Virus record (IMG/VR): IMGVR_UViG_3300037321_000115
From: a virus
Lineage: Duplodnaviria; Heunggongvirae; Uroviricota; Caudoviricetes
Direction: 5' to 3' (one strand)
Length of the DNA: 64,000 nt
The position numbers were made by a program, and so were the translations under genes. The notes under the pieces were generated by a model that was not told where the DNA came from, made no database searches, and was given only the letters and a program-made list of their open reading frames with translations. Of this stretch, positions 9,756 through 18,898 are shown piece after piece. Within the stretch, counting starts at the first letter, position 1; every line of letters begins with the position of its first letter.

Positions 9756-10100
9756 TCATTTGTAGCTTGATTTATACACGATTATTATTTCTTTTTGTTG
9801 TCTTATTAGGGTTTGAAGGTCTGACAGATTCAGCGCAAGTGCCTCATATCCCTCTGACGTCAATGCAAACAGTACCAACTCACCTGATAGTATTTCAGCA
9901 AACTTGGCGTCGACGTTTTCAGGTGTTATGACGACCCACGTAACTGGTTTGAGTCTAAGTTGATCGACGAGAGGGACGATCGGTGCAGGCTTGGATATCT
10001 GCACCGTTCTAACTTCAATCGGCCTGGCTTGTTCAACGTGTTCAGGAACACTGCACGCACCCACTAGAAACATCACAATTACAAGCAAAAAGTTTCTCAT
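9756..10100 (-). CDS. o-spanin (lipoprotein)
   Basis: MRNFLLVIVMFLVGA-C lipobox, Pro-rich segment, YEALALNLSDL; ATGA overlap with i-spanin. Confidence 0.75.
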   Translation of the reverse strand: MRNFLLVIVMFLVGACSVPEHVEQARPIEVRTVQISKPAPIVPLVDQLRLKPVTWVVITPENVDAKFAEILSGELVLFALTSEGYEALALNLSDLQTLIRQQKEIIIVYKSSYK

Positions 10101-10570
10101 TGGACCAGTTCCTCCCACATCCACGGACACTCTGAGTTGAACTGACCCTCAGTTTGAGCATCGCGCTCTTTTTTGTTAATGGGTGCACCTGACATCAGTT
10201 CGAAACACCTCTGTACGTTTGCCGATGCGTTGTTAATAGTCCGCTCAACAAGAACAGGTTTGGCTGCAGCCAAAGTACCTAATTCGTGTCTGCTAAGACG
10301 CTGCTTCAGTTCATTGTTTTGCAACCTTGCGATTTGAAATTGCGATTGCAATTCTGAAAAGTTGTCCTGAACAGTGTTGTATGAGTTTTGCAGCTCATCA
10401 ACCACCTTTACGTTTTGGATGTTTGCATCTGTGATTGTCTGAATGTTAGTTTTTAACGTGGCATTGTTAGTAGTCAGGTCTGCAATACGAGTTTGAGTGG
10501 TGCTGTAGTAAAAATATACAGCACCACTCATCAAAGCGACTAGCAGTCCTATGAAGACCCACAGTTTCAT
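10097..10570 (-). CDS. i-spanin
   Basis: N-terminal TM helix then long coiled coil, directly upstream of a lipoprotein gene. Confidence 0.75.
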   Translation of the reverse strand: MKLWVFIGLLVALMSGAVYFYYSTTQTRIADLTTNNATLKTNIQTITDANIQNVKVVDELQNSYNTVQDNFSELQSQFQIARLQNNELKQRLSRHELGTLAAAKPVLVERTINNASANVQRCFELMSGAPINKKERDAQTEGQFNSECPWMWEELVQ

Positions 10571-10659
10571 TTACTTTATTCTTTCTTTAGTTACCATTAG
10601 CAGCAAACAGCGTTTAGGACTTCTGAATCGCCCATCTCAAGTTCATCAAGACTAATGGA

Positions 10660-11184
10660 CTATTTCATTAGCTGACTATGTATCATTTCCACTTGCTTCG
10701 GCTCGAGAATTACCATGTCCTTTCCGGACGAGTCTTTGCTGACAAGAGTCATGCTGCCATCAGTGTCAAAAACGGCCTTGGTGTTTCCGCCCAGATCCTT
10801 TATTACCTTCTTGGATTTGTCTTTTTTCATTAGCTGACTATGTATCATTTCCACTTGCTTCGGCTCGAGAATTACCATGTCCTTTCCGGACGAGTCTTTG
10901 CTGACAAGAGTCATGCTACCATCGGTGTCAAAAACAGCTTTGGTGTTTCCGCCCAGATCCTTCATTACCTTAACAGCTTCGTCCATACTGTCATCATCAT
11001 CATCATCATCGTCATCGTCATCATCGTCATCGTCATCATCATCGTCATCATGATCGTCTTCCATTTTCTGCATTTTTGCTTCAATGACGACAGCGACACG
11101 TGCGTTCAGTTCTGCTTCCAGTGCTTCTTTAAGAGCAAGGGGATTTCTATCCATCGCTTCTTTGATTATCTGTTTGATTGACAT
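10660..11184 (-). CDS. acidic prohead-core-like or internal protein with poly-Asp tract and duplicated module
   Basis: Helical N-terminus, about 19-residue Asp run, two near-identical copies of a ~50 aa module. Confidence 0.65.
   Translation of the reverse strand: MSIKQIIKEAMDRNPLALKEALEAELNARVAVVIEAKMQKMEDDHDDDDDDDDDDDDDDDDDDDDSMDEAVKVMKDLGGNTKAVFDTDGSMTLVSKDSSGKDMVILEPKQVEMIHSQLMKKDKSKKVIKDLGGNTKAVFDTDGSMTLVSKDSSGKDMVILEPKQVEMIHSQLMK
10664..10962. repeat. near-identical direct repeat, 137 bp unit with 162 bp period
   Basis: 10664-10800 versus 10826-10962 differ at only a few positions; period is in frame. Confidence 0.9.
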
Positions 11185-11186
11185 TA

Positions 11187-12035
11187 TTATGTTCTCCCTA
11201 ATATTTGATTGATTTGTTTTTGGTTCAAAATACCATTTGATGTGTATCTATTTATACGTTGCCAGGACTCAACAGCACGTACTGTCTGTGGTCCGAAATC
11301 CCCATCAGCACCAATTTTCAAGGCTGCCTGAATACTCCTTACAAGATCTCCCTTTGATCCTTTGGAAATCGTTGTGGAATCACTTGTCGTTGTAGACGGC
11401 TGTGAATTGGATTCCATGGTCAATTTGGCACGTGCATAACGCTTACGACGATCATCAATACCTATCAATCCGCCATTAATCGCTTTGCTCATTCCATCAA
11501 TATCATCTCTATCAGCAAACCGTGCAATGTTGTTTTTCTTCCAGAACCAACACGCCGATTCAAGAGCGCCTTGTTTTGTTCTAACGTAATCAGCAGCCTC
11601 TTCAGGAGACATTCCTACATCTTTGGCAAAAACAGAATAGTTACTTCTGCCTGTCAGTTGTTTGATCCCACCACCACGAAATCTCCATCCATCGCCTGGC
11701 CGTGTGTTTCCAAGAGCTCCTCTTGTAGTTCTAAATTCGTCCATGTAAACATAGTTTGCAATTTTTTCAGGGTTGCGTGCATATTCAGAAGCATTCCGCT
11801 TGCCCGCCCCAAAGTATCTACCAAACACACGGTTGAGAGCACCTGTTGAATAATTAAGATTTTCTTCAAGTGCTGTAAAATCACATGATTCGTGACCACA
11901 TTGTGCCATGAATCCGGCAATCCTGTTAGGAGTGTTAATATCGTACCTATTAAAAAAATCAACCACTATAGGGAACCACAACTCTGGTTCTTTGTTGGTT
12001 GGAATGGTTTTTTTGAATTGTTGCAATGTTATCAT
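11187..12035 (-). CDS. endolysin, glycoside hydrolase family 19 with C-terminal peptidoglycan-binding domain
   Basis: RIAGFMAQCGHES, EENLNYS, GDGWRFRGGGIKQLTGRSNY, INGGLIG..DR; C-terminal ADGDFGPQT..AV..WQ. Confidence 0.92.
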   Translation of the reverse strand: MITLQQFKKTIPTNKEPELWFPIVVDFFNRYDINTPNRIAGFMAQCGHESCDFTALEENLNYSTGALNRVFGRYFGAGKRNASEYARNPEKIANYVYMDEFRTTRGALGNTRPGDGWRFRGGGIKQLTGRSNYSVFAKDVGMSPEEAADYVRTKQGALESACWFWKKNNIARFADRDDIDGMSKAINGGLIGIDDRRKRYARAKLTMESNSQPSTTTSDSTTISKGSKGDLVRSIQAALKIGADGDFGPQTVRAVESWQRINRYTSNGILNQKQINQILGRT

Positions 12036-12613
12036 GTGATACCTATAATGTCTCTAAGATTTTTCTTTTTTTTGTTTCCGCTCTTGTAGCGTGCTTGTTG
12101 TGCTTTTGTTATTCCTGGTTCCCCTTGAGCACCCACACCTATTCCTGCGATCGCACCTGATCCTGCAGTCATTCCCTCTTCTTTGAATCTTTGCTCAAAA
12201 AAAGTGTTCAGATCCTCATTTATGCTGTTGTCATCGTTGTCGAGCATGTGGATAATAGAGTTATGCTCTAGAATGAAGAAGTCTAAGGACTTTAGCAGTT
12301 GTGCGTCTGATACAGATTCGTTTAGGAGCGAATTTTTTGTGAAGTGGTTCCATTCGCGAAGTAGAAACAAAGCTGCAGCGTAAGATGCAAGACGTGTCTT
12401 ACCTCCTGGAACCTTTTCCAGGAGCTTTTTCAAGTTTAAAACCATAAGATCAAACACGCCAAAAGCGTTGCGCTCTTCTTGTCGCCTGAGATCTTTTCGT
12501 TTGATTAATACTTTGCCATCAGCGTCTATTATGCCAAGGTCATATGCTGTCCACTCATCAAAAGGTGTGGACAGTCTACGAATAAATGAATATACAAGGA
12601 AAAGATCAACCAT
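12032..12613 (-). CDS. conserved T4-like hypothetical protein
   Basis: PF.EW.AY.LGIID..G and LASYAAALFLLRE motifs typical of T4-like phages. Confidence 0.75.
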   Translation of the reverse strand: MVDLFLVYSFIRRLSTPFDEWTAYDLGIIDADGKVLIKRKDLRRQEERNAFGVFDLMVLNLKKLLEKVPGGKTRLASYAAALFLLREWNHFTKNSLLNESVSDAQLLKSLDFFILEHNSIIHMLDNDDNSINEDLNTFFEQRFKEEGMTAGSGAIAGIGVGAQGEPGITKAQQARYKSGNKKKKNLRDIIGIT

Positions 12614-12737
12614 CAGATATTACAATCTAGGACGAATTTTGAACGACCAAATCTTGTGATATGTTTTTGAAATTGAAAGATTTGGTCGTTCAGTTTTTTG
12701 TCAAGGGCGTTTTCTATCTGTCTCTTAATGTCCATTT

Positions 12738-13112
12738 TTATATTCTCCGCAACGTGTTTTCAATTAGAAGATTGTTTTCAATCTTCTCTATGTCTATTAC
12801 TTTGCCGTTGTATACTACTTGATGTGTGGTGTAGTTCAAGTAATCAACAAAAGGGTTTAAATGTTCATGATATCCTTCGAGTTTCATGAACAACATATCC
12901 GTAGTCTTTGGACCAAACACGTTATACAAAACGATCAAGTGGTTTAGGATAAGCCTTTCACGCAACTCACCAAATTGTTTGTAGCGATTAAATAACTTGC
13001 GAAGGTACTGAAAGCGTTTCAGGTCTTCTTCAAACTCAGCTATGTCATGACACGAAGGATTGTCATAACAGTTCATTGCGTATATTAGAAAGGTTCCATC
13101 ATTTAAGATCAT
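12738..13112 (-). CDS. conserved T4-like hypothetical protein
   Basis: YDNPSC...EFEEDLKRF.Y and RLILNHLIVLYNVFG motifs. Confidence 0.75.
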   Translation of the reverse strand: MILNDGTFLIYAMNCYDNPSCHDIAEFEEDLKRFQYLRKLFNRYKQFGELRERLILNHLIVLYNVFGPKTTDMLFMKLEGYHEHLNPFVDYLNYTTHQVVYNGKVIDIEKIENNLLIENTLRRI

Positions 13113-13118
13113 GTTGTA

Positions 13119-13532
13119 TTACGTGGTCGACTTCATCGCAACTAGAGTTTCAACGCGTTTGCGTCCGTCTCCATATTCCTCATACAACGTCCAACCAGGT
13201 GTCTTAATACCATCGGCACGCGTGAGAGCACTAATCTCATCCACTTCAACGTACAGTACATTGTTAATCTGTGTCACTGGCAAGTACTTTGGTGCCTGTG
13301 AAAGCAGTACAGCTTGTGCCGCAAGGCCGACTTCAGCAATAGGAAGAACTTCTATTTCAACGTCGCTGTTGATTGCTTTAACCATGAAAACGCTTGTGTC
13401 AAGTGTAATAAGGCTATTCAGCTCAACTTCTGTTAAGAATGCTGTGCCTGTACCCGTTACGATGTTTGTATCTACTGTTATGGAACCTGTACCTGTAAGT
13501 GCAAGACCGTCAACTCTACTCCAACTAGCCAT
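13119..13532 (-). CDS. probable virion structural protein
   Basis: Thr/Gly-rich beta repeats; C-terminal PGW..Y..Y.DGRKRVETLVAM motif seen in T4-like virion proteins. Confidence 0.6.
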   Translation of the reverse strand: MASWSRVDGLALTGTGSITVDTNIVTGTGTAFLTEVELNSLITLDTSVFMVKAINSDVEIEVLPIAEVGLAAQAVLLSQAPKYLPVTQINNVLYVEVDEISALTRADGIKTPGWTLYEEYGDGRKRVETLVAMKSTT

Positions 13533-13538
13533 ATTATT

Positions 13539-13688
13539 CTACTCCCTTTGTTTTTTTATTTTTTTGGCTTCAATAATAGGCTCAACCGCTTCAATAATAG
13601 GCTCAACCGCTTCAATAATAGGCTCAACCGCTTCAATAACAGAACTCTTTTTCCGCTCCTGCCTAATCTTAAAATTCTTGTAGGACAT
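13539..13688 (-). CDS. 49 aa protein with (IIEAVEP)x3 repeat, not in the ORF track
   Basis: Manual translation: MSYKNFKIRQERKKSSVIEAVEPIIEAVEPIIEAVEPIIEAKKIKKQRE. Confidence 0.55.
   Translation of the reverse strand: MSYKNFKIRQERKKSSVIEAVEPIIEAVEPIIEAVEPIIEAKKIKKQRE
13569..13638. repeat. 21-bp tandem repeat, about 3.3 copies
   Basis: TTCAATAATAGGCTCAACCGC repeated head to tail with no spacers. Confidence 0.9.
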
Positions 13689-13761
13689 GTGTAACCTTCT
13701 CTGTTATTGTGTGTGCGTTACCACTATTTATCACAAATATTAGTTCGCATTTCGAGGATTG

Positions 13762-14481
13762 TTATACTACGTTTCGTCTCGCTACTTGTAGTTTGGCCAT
13801 AACATCTCTTACTTTGTATGTTTTTGCGAGGCCGTACAACAAGGAAATTACGAACAGTGCAGCTTGTGGACCAGGCCACGGAAAACTAAACAACGTACCT
13901 GTTACGAATAGCGAAATCAGCTTAACACCTTCAGGACCTGCAAAAATAGAACTTAACGTAAACTTGCCTAACAATGCATCTAGCAATGCTGACTGATCGA
14001 AGTCATAATCAAAGTCGCCTGTGAAACTCATATTCAGCCAGATGTATAGTAGAATTGCGCCAACTGCGATGCCTGCCATTCTTTTCGTTTTAGGATGCTT
14101 AGACAGAAATGTGTCAAGATCTTTGAGTTTTTCTTCGGTCCACTTTACTACCTTCGTTGATGCGAGATAATCTGCGATTGCTTTTTTAAGATCCTGAAAG
14201 TGTTTGAATCCTGATTGAACCCTCTTGAATATATTACCCACAGAGAATTTAATCTTGCTGAAAAAATCAAACACCTTCTTGTTTTTTAATAGTTCAGCAA
14301 CGTCCTTGATGCTCACCTTTGCGTATTGGGCAAAGTCTTTGATAAAATTGTAGTACCTTTTTAGTCTCCCTACAATTTCAAACTCGTCCAGTGTACCTTT
14401 TTCGTGTAGAAATATGGCCTCTAAATAGAGGCCATATTTACATTCTTTTTGAAATTCGCTGAACTTCTTCATTTGTTGCAC
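13762..14481 (-). CDS. hypothetical protein with hydrophobic C-terminal helices and CTS-like N-terminus
   Basis: MKKFSEFQKE near the N-terminus; several hydrophobic segments. Confidence 0.65.
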   Translation of the reverse strand: MQQMKKFSEFQKECKYGLYLEAIFLHEKGTLDEFEIVGRLKRYYNFIKDFAQYAKVSIKDVAELLKNKKVFDFFSKIKFSVGNIFKRVQSGFKHFQDLKKAIADYLASTKVVKWTEEKLKDLDTFLSKHPKTKRMAGIAVGAILLYIWLNMSFTGDFDYDFDQSALLDALLGKFTLSSIFAGPEGVKLISLFVTGTLFSFPWPGPQAALFVISLLYGLAKTYKVRDVMAKLQVARRNVV

Positions 14482-14482
14482 A

Positions 14483-15235
14483 TCAGTCCTTGATGCGCGT
14501 CGTTTTTGCAGCCTTGTGCCATTTCAAGGAATTTGCTTTGCTGCTATTTCTATGAACAGCGTCGCTAACAATATCCCCCATTGCTGTGTCAAGATTCCTT
14601 AGGAATTCAGAAGAAGATTTGTGATCGGCAGGATCTACACTACGCAGAAGCTTATGATGCATCATAAGATCCTCACGGTCTCTACCTTTAAAAGGTTGTG
14701 CTGCATTCCACAAAGCAGTGGCAGCTTTTCTGTATGGGCTATTTGCCTCGTTTGTAGATTCTTTGATCGGCTTGTTCTTAAAGGAATTCCAATCTGACAG
14801 GTCTGTTGATACAATGTTGTATAGGGGCACTGTATCTTTTGTTGACGTGTGAACCACGCCACGACCCTTCCTCGTCGCCTTTGCAAGGTTGTACATTCCG
14901 TTTTGCTTGTATATTACAGTTCCACCGAGCGCAATGTCATCTTCCTCGTACCCTTCGCCATACATGGTGGAGTACTCATATTCCATCTCGTCAGAGTCGT
15001 CACCCATGTCATAATCGCCCATATCAGCACTCATTGACGTGGAAACAGATGCGAGTTCGTCTGATGCCTTTACAATTGCGCTGATCTGCCACCGCATGAT
15101 TGTGGCACCGTTGTCGATCATTTCAAGTATGTTGCTTGCAGAGTTAATAGCAATCCGAAGTTCTTTTTGCGTCATGTCATCGCCAGGGTAACGATCGTGA
15201 CCCTCTGTAACGTTGAATTCCTTGAAACTTTTCAT
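14483..15235 (-). CDS. probable internal head protein
   Basis: N-terminus MKSFKEFNVTE, internal IKES/TNEA motifs, late promoter at 15267. Confidence 0.65.
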   Translation of the reverse strand: MKSFKEFNVTEGHDRYPGDDMTQKELRIAINSASNILEMIDNGATIMRWQISAIVKASDELASVSTSMSADMGDYDMGDDSDEMEYEYSTMYGEGYEEDDIALGGTVIYKQNGMYNLAKATRKGRGVVHTSTKDTVPLYNIVSTDLSDWNSFKNKPIKESTNEANSPYRKAATALWNAAQPFKGRDREDLMMHHKLLRSVDPADHKSSSEFLRNLDTAMGDIVSDAVHRNSSKANSLKWHKAAKTTRIKD

Positions 15236-15265
15236 TGTAGTCCTCTTTTTAAATGTTGTTTGTGG

Positions 15266-15799
15266 TTATTTATAATATGGGTTATCAGGATCAGTGTCGC
15301 CTGATTTATCGGGCCACCAATCAAGTTCGAACTTTACACCATCCACGAACATTTTACTCATAGACTTAATTCTTTTTTCATACTCTGCTTTGGATGGAAC
15401 GACTCTTTTTTCGACGACATCCATTACGTATTGTATTGTTGTTGCATTTGCGCTCAGACTTGAACACCGTGCACCAAGCTCACTCTTGAGATTGTCGATA
15501 AGAATGCTTTCACTGCTCATTGCTAGGTCATCAGCCATTTCGTGTGGAATTTTTAAATTGACATAGCAATACACATAATCGTGGTGTGGGGTTGGTGAGG
15601 CGTGTAGAACAAACTCGTCCAACACTTCTATTCTTATGAAACCGTCTTTGTTGTACCACACAGCTCTTTTTTCGGTCAATTCTTCAGGTTGTCCAAAAAA
15701 CATACTGAGATGTCTGGCATATTTCACAGGAGCTGTATTTTTCCACTGGGACGTTGGATCTGTAACTGTTCTTTGTGTGTATGCCTTATATCTAATCAT
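15266..15799 (-). CDS. conserved hypothetical protein
   Basis: FGQPEE.T...AVW.N, H..P.PH.D, LGARC...AN pattern. Confidence 0.65.
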   Translation of the reverse strand: MIRYKAYTQRTVTDPTSQWKNTAPVKYARHLSMFFGQPEELTEKRAVWYNKDGFIRIEVLDEFVLHASPTPHHDYVYCYVNLKIPHEMADDLAMSSESILIDNLKSELGARCSSLSANATTIQYVMDVVEKRVVPSKAEYEKRIKSMSKMFVDGVKFELDWWPDKSGDTDPDNPYYK

Positions 15800-15823
15800 C
15801 AGGATTGTCCTTTTTATGTATTT

Positions 15824-16879
15824 CTAAAATTCTTTAATCATTTTTTCTTCAGATGGGCCTTTCATTGCTGATCCATCAGCCATCTTCACGTCTCGGAAAC
15901 GTGTTGGATATTGAAAAAAGAGCTTTCCGTTTGTACTCCGCTTGAACAACACACTGCTCGTAATGACAAAACTGCTGCCGTCATTAAATTCAAACACCAT
16001 AGTATTTTCTACCATGCCGTTGTTTATATTTGTCTTTATAATTTTGTGTGTCTTTGGCGTGTCTTTTTTCTGAAGTATGAGCGCAAGCTTCGAAGAGTTT
16101 TTAGCAACGAATCTATCAACGACCATTGCAACACTATCATCAATTAATTTTGTTACTCTTGCCTTGTGCCCGTCTATTAGCTCTAGTGTAGCATCTCTAC
16201 GAGTACCTCTTACAATAAAGATTGTATTAGCAACTTGTTGAGTGTTAGGATCTTTTGGCAAGTTTTTTGGATCGGTAATGGTAAGAATTTTTTCATACGC
16301 GCCCATCATTTGATTAGTGACACTTACTTTCAACTCTTTTGAAAACGAGCCTGAGGCTTCTCTCATAAACTTCAACGCTAATTTTGTTGCGTCTACAGAA
16401 GCTATAGGCTTGTAGAACTGTCCTGGTTTCGGCTGAGCAGGTGGCTTCCCCGATTTGACGTAGCCCTTTAAGATCTTGAAACCATCGTGTATTCCTGAAA
16501 CAGCATCTGTGAACGCAACTGCTGTAGAAATCTTTGGGGACATGCTATTAAATATCTTCGTTATTCTCTTGATGTCGCCTGCAGATGTCATGCTCCAAAG
16601 GTCATGTGTTTCTTGGCCTGATCTGATTACATCAGCCTTTATTTCGTCGAACAACGTCCTGTACGCATATTCTATTCCACGTGTTATGGCCGATTTGTGA
16701 TCAGAGAACCTTGCGTTGTATATCTCTTTTTGCTCTGCTGCCATTTCAAGAGCTGCCAGAGCGTCAATATAATTTTGTTTGGTCCTTTCGCTCTTGATAT
16801 AAGATACAATACTTCGCGCATCTTTAAATGTAGAAGCTGCTTGAGCGCTCTCAGAAAGATATTGTTTGAAACGTATCAC
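15824..16879 (-). CDS. probable internal head protein
   Basis: N-terminus MIRFKQYLSE-S; 351 aa. Confidence 0.65.
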   Translation of the reverse strand: MIRFKQYLSESAQAASTFKDARSIVSYIKSERTKQNYIDALAALEMAAEQKEIYNARFSDHKSAITRGIEYAYRTLFDEIKADVIRSGQETHDLWSMTSAGDIKRITKIFNSMSPKISTAVAFTDAVSGIHDGFKILKGYVKSGKPPAQPKPGQFYKPIASVDATKLALKFMREASGSFSKELKVSVTNQMMGAYEKILTITDPKNLPKDPNTQQVANTIFIVRGTRRDATLELIDGHKARVTKLIDDSVAMVVDRFVAKNSSKLALILQKKDTPKTHKIIKTNINNGMVENTMVFEFNDGSSFVITSSVLFKRSTNGKLFFQYPTRFRDVKMADGSAMKGPSEEKMIKEF

Positions 16880-18432
16880 ACTTTGACCTCAGGATTTGGT
16901 GTACGGAAGTTCTTTTTGCGCATGATTGTTTTTGAAACTACACGCAATTCATCTCTCGACCTATCATATTCAATTGCTATTGGCATATTAAGATCCGTCT
17001 GCATGTCTTTAATTACCACTTCAGTATTCACATGTTTAGACAACAGGTCAACCCCTGCAACCTTCTTTTTGTAAATTTTGTTAATCATCAGTGCGAGCTC
17101 TTTGACGTTGATACAGGGGTTGTTTCTTGTATCAGACATCCGGTCGCGGAAGTGTCGTGTAAAGTCAAAGTTTATCCCAAATTTTGCAAAAAGTTTGTCG
17201 ACAACCTTTTCGAAAGAGGCCATCTGGCTCTGAGTAAATACACCACACACTTCATCGTCTTCCATTAGGGTGTATTCTACCACATTCTCATTAAAACGCG
17301 ATTCAAAAATGGAATTCAAATCCTCAATTAATTGTGCGTCGCGGTGACGCACAAGGTATAGAAATCCTTCCGAATCGCGTACGCGTAGGTGTTCTACAGT
17401 ACTTCCAACAACTGTTCCCTGTTTTTCACCATCTGTCACTACGTCCATTGTATGTTGTGTAAACCTTACACGATCGCCTCTTGTAAGGTTTGTGAAATCT
17501 GAGCCGAGATCTGTTTGGTAATAGTTTTCGTTTTGACCTGGTGTATCGCCCTTATATATTCTGACAAGGCTATCAGTTCCTTGTTCGCGGTCATATGGAT
17601 CAGTAGATTCGGTCGGGACGCAGTTGGGGACCTCCTTGCCGTTTTTCATTTTAGTACCAAGCTGAACATGGCCATCCCAGCAAGGATCGTCTTTGTCTTT
17701 TTGCAACTTGCTCTCTGTGATGTTCATCAGATCTGCAGCATCTTCAATAAAATTTTGAGCAAACAGTTCGTCCAATTTATCTTCTTTGCTACGGTACATT
17801 TTAAATCTTCTGTCAAATTTGACCCGACCCTCTTTAGTGAATGCACGGTGATGTACCTTTGGGGGACACTCACGCATTTCGTTTATGAAATTGTCAAACT
17901 GCGTATCAATGCTCTCTTTTGTGGTTGGCGATGCATCGGTACTGCGGACCCTTGCCAGTCTCTCCATTTCCGCTTTTCGAACGGTTGGCAACTGCCTTGT
18001 GGCAATCCGATTAATTGCTGTGGGTGATATTCTAAGAAGTCTCTTATCGAGTTGTATTTTTTCGGACGAGGACATCTCTGAGTATTTCTTTCCCGCTGCA
18101 AGTCTATTCTTAATAATCTCTCTTGCTTTTTTACGTGCACGTGTCTTTAACTTTTCAGGTGAAGCCTTGCGCTTTGCAGCGCGTTTACGTGCCATTGCAA
18201 TGCGCCCTTTATACCGTCTCATCGTCCTTCCACGTGCACGTCGCTGTTGGATAGACAGTGGGGCTCTCTCGTCAAGAATTGACACTTCTGTAATAGGATC
18301 GCCGCCATCAGCTGTGGTTGGGTCCAATTCTACAAATTTTGAATTGTCTGTTTTTCTCTTCTTTGCGGCCTTGTCGACATCGTCGATCTTCTCTACAGCC
18401 TTGTTAATAACATCGACAGGTTCTTTTGTCAC
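16876..18432 (-). CDS. multidomain virion-associated protein
   Basis: Basic Arg/Lys region, PCWDGHVQLGTKMKNGKEVPNCVP motif, many xxE putative protease sites; late promoter at 18467. Confidence 0.65.
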   Translation of the reverse strand: MTKEPVDVINKAVEKIDDVDKAAKKRKTDNSKFVELDPTTADGGDPITEVSILDERAPLSIQQRRARGRTMRRYKGRIAMARKRAAKRKASPEKLKTRARKKAREIIKNRLAAGKKYSEMSSSEKIQLDKRLLRISPTAINRIATRQLPTVRKAEMERLARVRSTDASPTTKESIDTQFDNFINEMRECPPKVHHRAFTKEGRVKFDRRFKMYRSKEDKLDELFAQNFIEDAADLMNITESKLQKDKDDPCWDGHVQLGTKMKNGKEVPNCVPTESTDPYDREQGTDSLVRIYKGDTPGQNENYYQTDLGSDFTNLTRGDRVRFTQHTMDVVTDGEKQGTVVGSTVEHLRVRDSEGFLYLVRHRDAQLIEDLNSIFESRFNENVVEYTLMEDDEVCGVFTQSQMASFEKVVDKLFAKFGINFDFTRHFRDRMSDTRNNPCINVKELALMINKIYKKKVAGVDLLSKHVNTEVVIKDMQTDLNMPIAIEYDRSRDELRVVSKTIMRKKNFRTPNPEVKV

Positions 18433-18535
18433 AGCAAATCCTCGAGTAAATAATGGGTTCTGAAGGTATTTATATAAAATTAGACTCGTGTGTAATAGAT
18501 TGTTAGTATAAATAAGTTATGGATGATCTTTTGTT

Positions 18536-18898
18536 ATGGCAATTTTAATAGGAAGTATTAACATGTCGAAGCGCACAGGTACAAACTCTGAACACGATGC
18601 AAACGGTGATGGAAACATTGATAGCGAAGAAATAAAAAACATGGAAAAGCTCACATCAATCGAAAATGCAGACAAAAAGGAGGATGCTCAGCGGAAGATG
18701 GCGTGGGTTGCTATTGGCGGGATGGTTACCTATCCGCTGCTTGTGATAGGTTTGACTGTGACGAGTTTCGACGCTTCTATTTTAGCATCGATGGCTGACT
18801 TGTATTTTATATCTGTGGCAGGTATTGTGGCTGCGTTCTATGGCAAAGAAGCATATATGAGCATACGAAAAGGCTCCAATAACAACGATAGCTTCTAA
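18536..18898 (+). CDS. membrane protein with EF-hand-like loop (possible holin)
   Basis: [12 protein letters not shown] loop followed by two TM helices; TATAAATA at 18507-18514 on the + strand. Confidence 0.6.
   Translation: MAILIGSINMSKRTGTNSEHDANGDGNIDSEEIKNMEKLTSIENADKKEDAQRKMAWVAIGGMVTYPLLVIGLTVTSFDASILASMADLYFISVAGIVAAFYGKEAYMSIRKGSNNNDSF

Noticed and set aside
13569-13638. 21-bp repeat, and the 69-bp repeats at 32100-32600, as a possible CRISPR array
   Set aside because: The units are contiguous without unique spacers, their lengths are multiples of 3 inside reading frames, and there are no cas genes.
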